This document shows, piece by piece, positions 28,697 to 37,479 of a stretch of DNA of 64,000 nucleotides. Source of the DNA: Dehalococcoidia bacterium (GTDB taxonomy: Bacteria; Chloroflexota; Dehalococcoidia; Bin125); assembly GCA_965209205.1 (NCBI GenBank), contig CBDBQC010000003.1, forward strand, positions 822,882 through 886,881. The letters are read 5' to 3'. Every line of letters begins with the position of its first letter. The stretch's first letter is position 1. The notes under the pieces are model-generated. The model was not told the origin of the DNA. It saw only the letters and a program-made list of their open reading frames with translations, and searched no databases. The position numbers and the translations under genes were made by a program.

Positions 28697-29749
28697 CTAG
28701 TTGCCGTTGATGATGTCCTGCATCGCCTTCGGCATGCGGTCGATGCGGTCGCCCAGGCCGGCCACCTGGAGCCGGTGGTGGTACTCCGTGAGCTGCTTGC
28801 GCTGCACGAGTTGCTGCAAGCGCCAGCCCTCGTCGAGTTGCGCCGGCGAGGCGCCGCCGCCCAGCAGGACCGTCAGGGATTCCACCAGCAGCGGATCCTG
28901 GGTGCTCGCCGGGCCCTGGATGCGGTCGGCGCGGTCGAGGTAGGAGTGGATCTCCTCGCGCCGCTCGGGCTCGCTCTCCAGGATGTGCTTGAGGTGCATC
29001 ACGCCGAAGGCCAGGTGCCGCGACTCGTCCTGCGCGCAGAGCCGGAAGATCGTCTTCTCGGCCGTGTTCTGGCCGATCAACTCGCCCATGCGGAAGAGCG
29101 ACTGCACGACGCCCTCCCCCTGCACGTGCAGGACGGCCGACATCTCCGAGAAGTCGCGCGCCTCGAGGACCAGGCGCAGGCCGTCGCCCAGCCCCTGCTG
29201 GAGCAGCCCGCCGCCGTTGACCAGCGCCCGCTTGCGGAAGACGTCCAGGTGGCGGGCCTCGTCCATGATCTGCGTCATCAGGAACAGGCCCACCTCGTAG
29301 TACTCCGGCGAGAGCCGCGGCAGCCATTGCCCGGGGACGTCGGCGGCGATGAACTCGACCTCGTTGAGGATGGTGCAGAACTGGCACATCGCCCGCTCGA
29401 CGTCGTCGGGCAGCGGCTCGACGGTGTCCCAGGGGATGTCCGTCGCCGAGGACCACTGCCGCTGGACGGCCTCCTCGTAGAGCATCGGCACCGCTTCCGA
29501 CCAGCTCTCCGCCTTGCCCACGTAGGCGTAGCCGAAGCGCGGCGCGCCCTCGCGCGCGGCCGTCCCGCGCAGGCGCATCGTGTGGTTGCCGGCCTGCGGG
29601 GCGTCGGGCGGGAAGGCGGCCTCGTTCATGCCGTCCAGCGTCATCCCGCGGCGGCCGGGCGTGGCGTGTGTGTCGAACTGTTCGTCCAGGTTCAGCCAGG
29701 ACAGGTCGAGGGGCTGGGTGGGGGCGTCGCTGGGGGTCTGGGTCGTCAT
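28697..29749 (-). CDS. Ferritin-like diiron protein, tandem copy 1
   Basis: Four-helix ligand pattern E(VE)...DEARH...EG...DESRH; WSSATDIPW; ATG after GGAG. Confidence 0.8.
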   Translation of the reverse strand: MTTQTPSDAPTQPLDLSWLNLDEQFDTHATPGRRGMTLDGMNEAAFPPDAPQAGNHTMRLRGTAAREGAPRFGYAYVGKAESWSEAVPMLYEEAVQRQWSSATDIPWDTVEPLPDDVERAMCQFCTILNEVEFIAADVPGQWLPRLSPEYYEVGLFLMTQIMDEARHLDVFRKRALVNGGGLLQQGLGDGLRLVLEARDFSEMSAVLHVQGEGVVQSLFRMGELIGQNTAEKTIFRLCAQDESRHLAFGVMHLKHILESEPERREEIHSYLDRADRIQGPASTQDPLLVESLTVLLGGGASPAQLDEGWRLQQLVQRKQLTEYHHRLQVAGLGDRIDRMPKAMQDIINGN

Positions 29750-29846
29750 CGTCGGTCTCCGTCCACTCCCGCGATCATACCCCATTGCGCCGCTGGTCTG
29801 CGACATCCCGCAGGAGACACGGTCGGGCAGGCGATCGGCCGCGTCC

Positions 29847-30899
29847 CTAGTTGCCGTTGATGATGTCCTGCATCGCCTTCGGCATGCGGTCGATGCGGTC
29901 GCCCAGGCCGGCCACTTGGAGCCGGTGGTGGTACTCCGTGAGCTGCTTGCGCTGCACGAGTTGCTGCAAGCGCCAGCCCTCGTCGAGCTGCGCCGGCGAG
30001 GCGCCGCCGCCCAGCAGGACCGTCAGGGACTCCACCACCAGCGGATCCTCCGTGCTCGCCGGGCCCTGGACGCGGTCGGCGCGGTCGAAGTAGGAGTGGA
30101 TCTCCTCGCGCCGCTCGGGCTCGCTCTCCAGGATGTGCTTGAGGTGCATCACGCCGAAGGCCAGGTGCCGCGACTCGTCCTGCGCGCAGAGCCGGAAGAT
30201 CGTCTTCTCGGCCGTGTTCTGCCCGATCAACTCGCCCATGCGGAAGAGCGACTGCACGACGCCCTCCCCCTGCACGTGCATGAGGGCCGACATCTCCGTG
30301 AAGTCGCGCGCATCGAGGGCCAGGCGCAGGCCGTCGCCCGGCCCCTGCTGGAGCAGCCCGCCGCCGTTGACCAGCGCCCGCTTGCGGAAGACGTCCAGGT
30401 GGCGGGCCTCGTCCATGATCTGGGTCATCAGGAACAGGCCCACCTCGTAGTACTCCGGCGAGAGCCGCGGCAGCCATTGCGCGGGGACGTCGGCGGCGAT
30501 GAACTCGACCTCGTTGAGGAAGGTGCAGAACTGGCACATCGCCCGCTCGACGTCGTCGGGCAGCGGCTCGATGGTGTCCCAGGGGATGTCCGTCGCCGAG
30601 GACCACTGCCGCTGGACGGCCTCCTCGTAGAGCATCGGCACCGCTTCCGACCAGCTCTCCGCCTTGCCCACGTAGGCGTAGCCGAAGCGCGGCGCGCCCT
30701 CGCGCGCGGCCGTCCCGCGCAGGCGCATCGTGTGGTTGCCGGCCTGCGGGGCGTCGGGCGGGAAGGCGGCCTCGTTCATGCCGTCCAGCGTCATCCCGCG
30801 GCGGCCGGGCGTGGCCTGTGTGTCGAACTGGTCGTCCAGGTTCAGCCAGGACAGATCGAGGGGCTGGGTGGGGGCGTCGCTGGGGGTCTGGGTCGTCAT
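29847..30899 (-). CDS. Ferritin-like diiron protein, tandem copy 2
   Basis: Same motifs; about 98% nucleotide identity to copy 1 by manual count. Confidence 0.8.
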   Translation of the reverse strand: MTTQTPSDAPTQPLDLSWLNLDDQFDTQATPGRRGMTLDGMNEAAFPPDAPQAGNHTMRLRGTAAREGAPRFGYAYVGKAESWSEAVPMLYEEAVQRQWSSATDIPWDTIEPLPDDVERAMCQFCTFLNEVEFIAADVPAQWLPRLSPEYYEVGLFLMTQIMDEARHLDVFRKRALVNGGGLLQQGPGDGLRLALDARDFTEMSALMHVQGEGVVQSLFRMGELIGQNTAEKTIFRLCAQDESRHLAFGVMHLKHILESEPERREEIHSYFDRADRVQGPASTEDPLVVESLTVLLGGGASPAQLDEGWRLQQLVQRKQLTEYHHRLQVAGLGDRIDRMPKAMQDIINGN

Positions 30900-30986
30900 C
30901 GTCGGTCTCCGTCCGCTCCCGCGATCATACGCCATTGCGCCGCTGGCATGCGACATCCCGCAGGAGACACGGTCGGGCGGGCGCTC

Positions 30987-31027
30987 GACCGCACGCCGTC
31001 ATGTCCGCAGCGAGGGGGTGCGGTTCC
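30987..31027 (+). repeat. Repeat-family fragment at the left edge of SBP module 2
   Basis: 34/41 identical, in direct orientation, to 33941-33981 on the far side of the gene. Confidence 0.8.
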
Positions 31028-31101
31028 CCCGCGCGATCGCACGCCGGACCCCCTCAAGTGACCCTGTAGGGCGTCCCACGGCGCCCGAATCGGAAGAATC
31101 C

Positions 31102-31264
31102 TGTGGATAACTTTGCAAATACCGTGGATAACCACCTAATTTCCTTCTTCCTTGACATAGGGGGGGGGGGGGGGTGTCTCTATTGGATGTGTCATACTGC
31201 GCGTGCTCACCAGCCCGACGGTCCCCCGGGGGGACCAACGGTAGTTCCGCGAAAGGAACCGATC
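31102..31264 (+). promoter_or_regulatory. Conserved SBP promoter/leader, copy 2: GTGGATAAC x2, TTGACA, G15 tract, extended -10, two UTR hairpins
   Basis: TGTGGATAA at 31102-31110; GTGGATAAC at 31124; TTGACA 31152-31157; G 31160-31174; TGtCATACT with CATACT at 31193-31198. Confidence 0.7.
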
Positions 31265-33694
31265 ATGAGCATGCCGAAGTATTGGACGACCCTGCGACAG
31301 CGAAAGATCTCGCGTCGCACCATGTTGGGAGCCAGCGCGAAGGCTGGCGTTGGAGCGGCCGGCCTCGCCCTGGTCGGCTGCGGCGACGACGACGGGCCTG
31401 ACGCCGGGACCGCGGCGGCCGAACGGGCCGCCTCGGCCGCGGAGGAGGCCGCCGCCGCGGCCATCGCCGCCGGGGAGGCGCGCGCCGCCGAGACCGAGGC
31501 CGCCGCGGACGCCGCCGCTGAGGCGGCTGCCGCCGCGTCGGAGGCCTCCGCCGCGGCTTCCCAGGCGGCCGACGCGGCCGATGCGGCCGCCGCCCTGGCC
31601 GCCGAGGCGGCCGAGTCGGAGGACGCCGCCAACGCGGCCGCCGCCGCGGAAGCCGCCGCCGCGGCTGCCGCCGACGCGGCCGCCGCCGCATCCGCGGCCG
31701 GCGATCAGGCTGCCGCGGCCGTCGCCGCTGCCGCCGCCGAGGCGGCCGAGGCCGCCGCCCAGGCCGCCCGCGACGCGGCCGCGGCCGTCGAGGCCGGCAC
31801 CGCCACCGCCGCCGCCGCCCAGGCCGCGATCGACGAGGCCGCCGCTGCGGCGGCTGCCGCGGCCGAAGCCGCCGGCGAGGCGTCCGCCGCCGCCGGGCAG
31901 GCCGCCGCCACCGCACAGGAGACCGCCGAAGCCGCGGCCGAGACCGCCGCTGCGGCGGTCGCCGCGGCCGAAGAGGCCGCCGATGCGGCCCGCGAGGCCG
32001 CCGACGCCGTTGAGCAGACGAGGAACGTCGCCGCCTCCTTGACCGCCGAGGCCGAGTTCGTGGAGTGGAGCGTGCCCTGGCCGATCGACGAGATCGACCT
32101 GGACGCCACGATCACCTTCGCTATCCCCGCCGACACGGGGGGCCTGGATCCGCAACGGGTCGGCAGTGATTCGAACTTCACCTCGCACTCGGCCGTCCAC
32201 GACAGCCTCGTGGAGATCTCGCCCCTGACCAAGGATCTGCTCCCGCATCTCGCCACGCTGGAGTGGGCCGACGAGGGCGCCACGTGCATCGGCACCGTCA
32301 ACGGGGCGATGTTCCACGACGGCTCCATGCTCACCGCCCACGACTTGGTCTTCACCTACGACCGCATGGGCGGCGTCGCCGAATACCACCAGGGCGGCGA
32401 GACGAGCGACCACCCGGCCGGCTGGCAATCCGTGCGGCCGATTTGGGGGGCCTCTTACTGGCTCCGCAACGAGGCGGTCGACGACACCACCTGGGTGATC
32501 GAGCTGCCGGACTTCGACGCGAGCCTCTGGGGCACCATCGGCATCGCCCCCAATGTGATGGTCATGTCCCAGGCGGACGTCGAGCGGCGCGGCGATCACG
32601 CGGTGGATAACCACCCGATCGGCACGGGGCCCTTCCGCTTCGTCAGCCACACCGACGAAGAGGACTTCGTCTTCGAGCGCTTCGAGGACCACTTCAATCC
32701 GGTCGACCACCCCATCCGGGTGCCGCACTACCCCCACCACAAGGACCTGATCGCTCTGGTGCGCCCCGAGTTGCAGTCGCGCATCGCCGGCATCGAAGCG
32801 GGCGAGATCGACGCGGCCGCGGAGTTGGGCGTCAACGCCGTCGCGCCGTTCCTCGACGACCCCGACTTCACGGTCCAGTTCGTCCCCGGGCTGGGGTGGG
32901 CGCTGCACAACATCTACCCCAACCTCTGGAGGGAGACGCGGGACGACGGCACGCCCAACCCGTGGATGGACGAGCGCGTCCGCATCGCCGCGAACCTGTC
33001 CATCAACCGCGCGGCCATCGCCGAAGGCCTGCTGCTGGGCGCGCCGCCGATCGAGCCCATGTATGGGTTCCGCGGCGTCGTGGGCTACCCCAGCGAGGAG
33101 GACGCGCGGGCGGCGGACTGGGGCTACGACCCCGATCGGGCGCGGGCGCTGCTCGCGGAGGCCGGCTACCCGGACGGCTTCGACGAGACGCTGTACTACA
33201 CGACCGACTGGGGCGGCGACCTCCAGGAAGACCTCGCGCTGACCACGGCGCAGATGCTGACCGCGGCCGGCATCCGGACCACCCCCGTCTTGCTCCCCGG
33301 AGGCGAGTACTTCACCGACGCCTACGCCCGCGGCGGTCCGACGGGGACCGCTCCCGTCGGGCTCTATTGGTGGTGGGCGAACAACCAGGCGGACGCCGGC
33401 GTGATGTGGACCTGCTGCGCCAACTCCGAGGGCTTCTTCACCATGGCGATCCATGGCGACCCGGTCCTCGACGAGCTCTTCTCGCAGAGCAAGGTCGAGC
33501 GCGATCCCGAGCGGCGCAACGAGCTCACCTCGGAGTTGTTCCTGCGGCACAAGCGGGGCGCCTGGTTCATCAACGTCATCGAGCCGCCGGACGGCGTGCT
33601 CACCCGCGGCGACGTCAACTGGCCGGTGGGTGGACCCTTCGGCGGGCTCAGCTTCCTCAACACGTACTCCATCCAGAAGCGCCGGGCCACCTAA
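31265..33694 (+). CDS. Tat lipoprotein with Ala-rich stalk and family-5 ABC solute-binding domain, paralogue 2
   Basis: Same Tat motif, lipobox and stalk as 3720-6122; FHDGSMLTAHD, GTGPFRF and YDPDRARALLAEAGYPDGF motifs. Confidence 0.9.
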   Translation: MSMPKYWTTLRQRKISRRTMLGASAKAGVGAAGLALVGCGDDDGPDAGTAAAERAASAAEEAAAAAIAAGEARAAETEAAADAAAEAAAAASEASAAASQAADAADAAAALAAEAAESEDAANAAAAAEAAAAAAADAAAAASAAGDQAAAAVAAAAAEAAEAAAQAARDAAAAVEAGTATAAAAQAAIDEAAAAAAAAAEAAGEASAAAGQAAATAQETAEAAAETAAAAVAAAEEAADAAREAADAVEQTRNVAASLTAEAEFVEWSVPWPIDEIDLDATITFAIPADTGGLDPQRVGSDSNFTSHSAVHDSLVEISPLTKDLLPHLATLEWADEGATCIGTVNGAMFHDGSMLTAHDLVFTYDRMGGVAEYHQGGETSDHPAGWQSVRPIWGASYWLRNEAVDDTTWVIELPDFDASLWGTIGIAPNVMVMSQADVERRGDHAVDNHPIGTGPFRFVSHTDEEDFVFERFEDHFNPVDHPIRVPHYPHHKDLIALVRPELQSRIAGIEAGEIDAAAELGVNAVAPFLDDPDFTVQFVPGLGWALHNIYPNLWRETRDDGTPNPWMDERVRIAANLSINRAAIAEGLLLGAPPIEPMYGFRGVVGYPSEEDARAADWGYDPDRARALLAEAGYPDGFDETLYYTTDWGGDLQEDLALTTAQMLTAAGIRTTPVLLPGGEYFTDAYARGGPTGTAPVGLYWWWANNQADAGVMWTCCANSEGFFTMAIHGDPVLDELFSQSKVERDPERRNELTSELFLRHKRGAWFINVIEPPDGVLTRGDVNWPVGGPFGGLSFLNTYSIQKRRAT

Positions 33695-33726
33695 GGCCCC
33701 GCCTCCTGGCGGATCGCGGCGATCGG

Positions 33727-33981
33727 AACCCCACCCCCTGCCCCCCTCTCCATCCAAAAGCATGGAGAGGGGGAACGGAGGGGGAACCTCACCCCCTAAC
33801 CCCCTCTCCATCTGAAGCGATGGAGAGGGGGAAGCGGAAGGGGAGTAGAGCGGAGCGCCGACCCCGGGGCGCTCCGCTCTACTCCCAAGTCCTCCGATCC
33901 CCCCTCTCCATTGCTCTGCAATGGAGAGCCCCAGGCGCGCGACCGCACGCCGTCATATCTGAGGTTAGGGGGTGAGGTTCC
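33727..33981. repeat. Mosaic of palindromic repeats downstream of SBP gene 2
   Basis: Three CCCCTCTCCA-loop-TGGAGAG hairpins plus a perfect 19-bp stem GGGAGTAGAGCGGAGCGCC (33841-33859) / GGCGCTCCGCTCTACTCCC (33868-33886). Confidence 0.9.
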
Positions 33982-34025
33982 GGCCGCCGCGCCCCCACGA
34001 TGCCGCACGGGGATATGCTGGACGC

Positions 34026-34496
34026 ATGGCAGACCAGTACGTCGCATCCGACAAGCGCACCGGGGTCGAGGTCACGGTCACGGGGCAGTTCCCGCCCCAC
34101 CCCGACGACCGCATGCGCATCGCCCGCACCACCACCCTGTTCACCCGCCTCGCCTCGACCCTCCTCGCGACGGAGAACGAGACCGAGCGCCGCGCCGGCT
34201 TTCGGGCCGTCGAGACGCAGCTCGAACTGGCCGACGCGCTGATCCGCGGCGACACCGACGAGGTCCGCCGGCTGGTGCGCGAGACCATGCAGAGCATGGG
34301 CGTGACGCAGGACCAGCTACAGGATCTGGCTCGCCAGCTGCAGGACCTGGGCGGCCTGGACGACGCCACGGCCGAGCAACTCGGGAAAGCGCTCGGGCTC
34401 GACGTCCCCCCCGGCGGCCTGCCCGACTGGCCGCCCCCGCCCCCGCCCGACGACGTATCCGATGGCTCCGACGAGGAGCCGAAGGCGCCGGCCTGA
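34026..34496 (+). CDS. Hypothetical protein (helical, Pro/acidic tail)
   Basis: Typical codon usage, operon-like spacing to the next gene, no recognisable motif. Confidence 0.7.
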   Translation: MADQYVASDKRTGVEVTVTGQFPPHPDDRMRIARTTTLFTRLASTLLATENETERRAGFRAVETQLELADALIRGDTDEVRRLVRETMQSMGVTQDQLQDLARQLQDLGGLDDATAEQLGKALGLDVPPGGLPDWPPPPPPDDVSDGSDEEPKAPA

Positions 34497-34534
34497 GCGG
34501 CGTCAGCGGGCAGTCAACGCGAAAGGATGAGCGC

Positions 34535-35410
34535 ATGCGTGTGGTCGTGACGGGCGCGAGCGGGACGATCGGCGGAGCGTTGGCGCGGGCGCTGCTCGCG
34601 CGCGGCGATGACGTGACCGGCATCAGCCGCTCCCCAGCCGGGGCGGCCGGCGGCATCGATTGGCGATCCTGGGACGATCTCGGGGCCGCGATCGCCGAGG
34701 CGGACGCCGTCGTGCATCTGGCCGGGGCCGGCGTCGCCGACAAGCGCTGGTCGGCCGCGCGCAAGCGGGAGCTGCGGGAGAGCCGCATCGACACGGCCCG
34801 GCGGATCGTCTCGGCGATCGGGGCCGCGGGCGACAAGCCCGGGGTCTTCGTCTGCGGCTCGGCCGTCGGCATCTACGGATCGCGCGGCGACGAACTGCTG
34901 ACCGAGGCGAGCGCCCCCGGCGACGACTTCCTGGCGCGGCTCTGCGTCGACTGGGAGGCCGCCGCGCAGGGGGCCGGCGTGCGCACCGTGACGCTGCGCA
35001 CCGGCGTCGTGCTGGCTCGCGAGGGCGGCGCGCTGGCCAAGCTGCTGTTGCCGTTCAAGCTGGGCGCCGGCGGGCCCATCGGTCGCGGGCGGCAGTACAT
35101 GCCCTGGATCCACCGCGACGACATCGTGGGCCTGATCCTGCACGCGATCGACACCCCCGGCCTGGAGGGCCCGCTCAACGGCGTCGCCCCCGAGCCGGTG
35201 ACCAACGCCGTCTTCAGCAAAGCGCTGGGCGCGGCGCTGCGCCGTCCCGCCCTCGTGCCCACGCCCCCCCTGGCCCTGCGGCTGCTGCTCGGCGAGCGCG
35301 CCGGCGTGCTCACGGCCAGCCAACGGGTGGGCGCCGATCGGGCGCGGGAGTCGGGCTACGCGTTCCGGCACCCGGAGATCGGCGCGGCGCTGCGCGACCT
35401 CGTCGGTTGA
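34535..35410 (+). CDS. TIGR01777-family NAD-dependent epimerase/oxidoreductase
   Basis: VTGASGTIG, HLAG, SAVGIYG, LRTGVVL, GGPIGRGRQYMPWIHRDD and GPLNGVAP motifs. Confidence 0.92.
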   Translation: MRVVVTGASGTIGGALARALLARGDDVTGISRSPAGAAGGIDWRSWDDLGAAIAEADAVVHLAGAGVADKRWSAARKRELRESRIDTARRIVSAIGAAGDKPGVFVCGSAVGIYGSRGDELLTEASAPGDDFLARLCVDWEAAAQGAGVRTVTLRTGVVLAREGGALAKLLLPFKLGAGGPIGRGRQYMPWIHRDDIVGLILHAIDTPGLEGPLNGVAPEPVTNAVFSKALGAALRRPALVPTPPLALRLLLGERAGVLTASQRVGADRARESGYAFRHPEIGAALRDLVG

Positions 35411-35451
35411 CGGGCGAGGCAGCGAGAGAGCGCCGGGGAGGAAGCTGAGGC

Positions 35452-36627
35452 ATGGATCGCGAGATCGCGCTGCGCTACGGGCTGAACCCGCACCAGACGC
35501 CCGCCCGCGCGATCGTCGAGGGGGACGGCCCGGGTCCGTTCCGCGTCCTCAACGGGGCCCCCGGCTACATCAACCTGCTCGACGCGATCTCCGCCTGGCA
35601 ACTCGTCCGGGAGTTGCGCGCCGAGTTGGGCGAGCCCGCCGGGGCCAGCTTCAAGCACGTCAGCCCGGCCGGGGCCGCGATCGGGCTGCCGCTCTCCGAC
35701 GCCCTGCGCGACGCCTACCAGGTCGGCGACCGGGAACTCTCCCCCGTCGCGACGGCCTACGTGCGCGCCCGCGGCGGCGACCTCGTCTCCTCGTACGGCG
35801 ACGTCGCGGCCGTCAGCGACCGCGTCGACCTCTCCCTCGCCATGGCGCTCAAGCGCGAGGTGTCGGACGCGATCGTCGCCCCCGCCTTCGACAACGACGC
35901 CCTGGCGATCCTGCGCGCCAAGAAGGGCGGCAAGTACCTCGTCATCGAGGCCGACCCCGATTTCCGGCCCCCGCCGCTGGAGCGCCGCTCGGCCTTCGGG
36001 CTGACGATGGAAGCGCCCGCCGACAGCGCTCCCATCACGCCCGAGCTGCTGGGCAACGTCGTCACCCGCGAGCGCGACTTCCCGCCCGACGCCGTGCGCG
36101 ACCTCATGGTCGCGACGATCGCGCTGCGCTACACGCAGTCGAACTCCGTCTGCCTCGCCGCCAATGGGCAGGTGATCGGGCTGGGAGCGGGGCAGCAGTC
36201 GCGCATCCACTGCTCGCGCATCGCCTGCGGCAAGGCCGACCGCTGGATGCTGCAACAGCACCCTCGCGTGCTGGATCTGCCGTTCGCGCCGGGCATCAAG
36301 CGGCCCGAGCGCTTCACGGCGCGGGAGCAGTTCATCGCCTGGGCCGAGCTGTCGGCGCCCGAGCGCGACCACCTGCGCGCCCACTTCACCGCCCCCGTCG
36401 AGCCCCTCTCGGACGCCGAACGCCGCGACTGGATTGGGGGCTTCCGCACCGTCCTCAGCCACGACGCCTTCCTGCCCTTCCGCGACAACATCGACCGGGC
36501 GCAGGCCAGCGCCGTGCGCTACGTCCTGCAGCCCGGCGGCAGCATCGCCGACGCGGGCGTCACCGCCGCCGCCGACGAGTACGGCATGACCATGGCCCTC
36601 TCGAACCTGCGATTGTTCCGGCACTGA
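35452..36627 (+). CDS. purH: Stand-alone AICAR transformylase (PurH C-terminal type)
   Basis: LRYGLNPHQ, GAPGYINLLDA, SFKHVSPAG, YTQSNSV, GAGQQSRIHC, DAFLPFRDN and QPGGS motifs; no N-terminal IMP cyclohydrolase/MGS domain. Confidence 0.88.
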   Translation: MDREIALRYGLNPHQTPARAIVEGDGPGPFRVLNGAPGYINLLDAISAWQLVRELRAELGEPAGASFKHVSPAGAAIGLPLSDALRDAYQVGDRELSPVATAYVRARGGDLVSSYGDVAAVSDRVDLSLAMALKREVSDAIVAPAFDNDALAILRAKKGGKYLVIEADPDFRPPPLERRSAFGLTMEAPADSAPITPELLGNVVTRERDFPPDAVRDLMVATIALRYTQSNSVCLAANGQVIGLGAGQQSRIHCSRIACGKADRWMLQQHPRVLDLPFAPGIKRPERFTAREQFIAWAELSAPERDHLRAHFTAPVEPLSDAERRDWIGGFRTVLSHDAFLPFRDNIDRAQASAVRYVLQPGGSIADAGVTAAADEYGMTMALSNLRLFRH

Positions 36628-37394
36628 TGGCCCCCATGCCCATCCCTGCCGCCGATCTGCCCGCCGTCGCCGAGCGCAACCTGCAGCGCCACCTGCGCGA
36701 GAATCCCTATCCGGGCCGCGGCCTCGTCGTCGGCCGCAGCGCCGACGGGGCGGCCTGGCTGCAGGTCTACTGGATCATGGGCCGCAGCCGGAACAGCCGG
36801 AACCGGCGCTTCATCGTGGACGGGTCGTCGATGCGCACCGAGGCCGTCGACCCCGCCAAACTCAGCGACCCAACCAACGTCATCTACGAGGCGATGCTGG
36901 AGCTGCCCGACCTCTACGTCGTCAGCAACGGCGACCAGACGGGCACGATCGTCGAGGCGCTGGCCGCGGGCGGGAGCTTCGAGGACGCCCTGGCCACCCG
37001 CGAGCGCGAGGACGACGCTCCGAACTACACGCCCCGCATCAGCGGCCTGCTCGACCTGCGCGGCCACATGCACGGCGCGCCCCCGCAGGTGGCGATCAGC
37101 ATCCTGCGCGCCGCCGATGCCGACCCCGCGCAGTCGGACCGCGTGACGACCCGCCCGGCGCTGCCGCCGCCTGGCTTGGGCCTGGGCATCACGACCTACG
37201 CCGGCGACGGTGATCCGCTGCCGCCGTTCCGGGGCGATCCGCTCTGGCTGCCCCTGGAGGGCGGCGCCGGCCATGTCCTGGCGACCTACTGGGACGCCCT
37301 CGACGCGGACAACCGCGTCGCCCTGGCCGTCAAGACGATCCCCCTCGACGGCGGACCCGGCCGCATCCTCGTCCGCAACGCCCACGACGTCTGA
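36627..37394 (+). CDS. IMP cyclohydrolase (Ntn-fold, PurO-like)
   Basis: NPYPGRGLVVG, YWIMGRSRNSRNR, SNGDQT and EDDAPNYTPRISG motifs; TGATG coupling to purH. Confidence 0.88.
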   Translation: MAPMPIPAADLPAVAERNLQRHLRENPYPGRGLVVGRSADGAAWLQVYWIMGRSRNSRNRRFIVDGSSMRTEAVDPAKLSDPTNVIYEAMLELPDLYVVSNGDQTGTIVEALAAGGSFEDALATREREDDAPNYTPRISGLLDLRGHMHGAPPQVAISILRAADADPAQSDRVTTRPALPPPGLGLGITTYAGDGDPLPPFRGDPLWLPLEGGAGHVLATYWDALDADNRVALAVKTIPLDGGPGRILVRNAHDV

Positions 37395-37399
37395 GCGGC

Positions 37400-37464
37400 G
37401 GGCGACCACGAGGGTCGCCCCGACGGACGGCGGGGACACTGTCGGGGCGCCCCTTGTGGGCGCC
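37400..37464. repeat. REP-like inverted doublet (second repeat family)
   Basis: GGGCGACCACGAGGGTCGCCCCGAC (37400-37424) and GTCGGGGCGCCCTTGTGGGCGCCC (37441-37464), between convergent genes. Confidence 0.75.
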
Positions 37465-37479
37465 CAAGCAGAGGGCGGC

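Larger units (their letters stand above)
28688..30987. repeat. Tandem duplication with a 1150-bp unit (gene plus its upstream promoter)
   Basis: Sequence at position n matches n+1150 from about 28688 to 29837, including the minus-strand TATGAT at 29774-29779 and 30924-30929. Confidence 0.93.

Noticed and set aside
31102-31132. DnaA boxes as a replication origin
   Set aside because: Only two boxes per site, no AT-rich unwinding element and no dnaA/dnaN nearby; retained only as a regulatory candidate.
33727-33981. Repeat clusters as a possible CRISPR array
   Set aside because: Units vary in orientation, length and sequence, there are no uniform unique spacers, and no cas genes are present.
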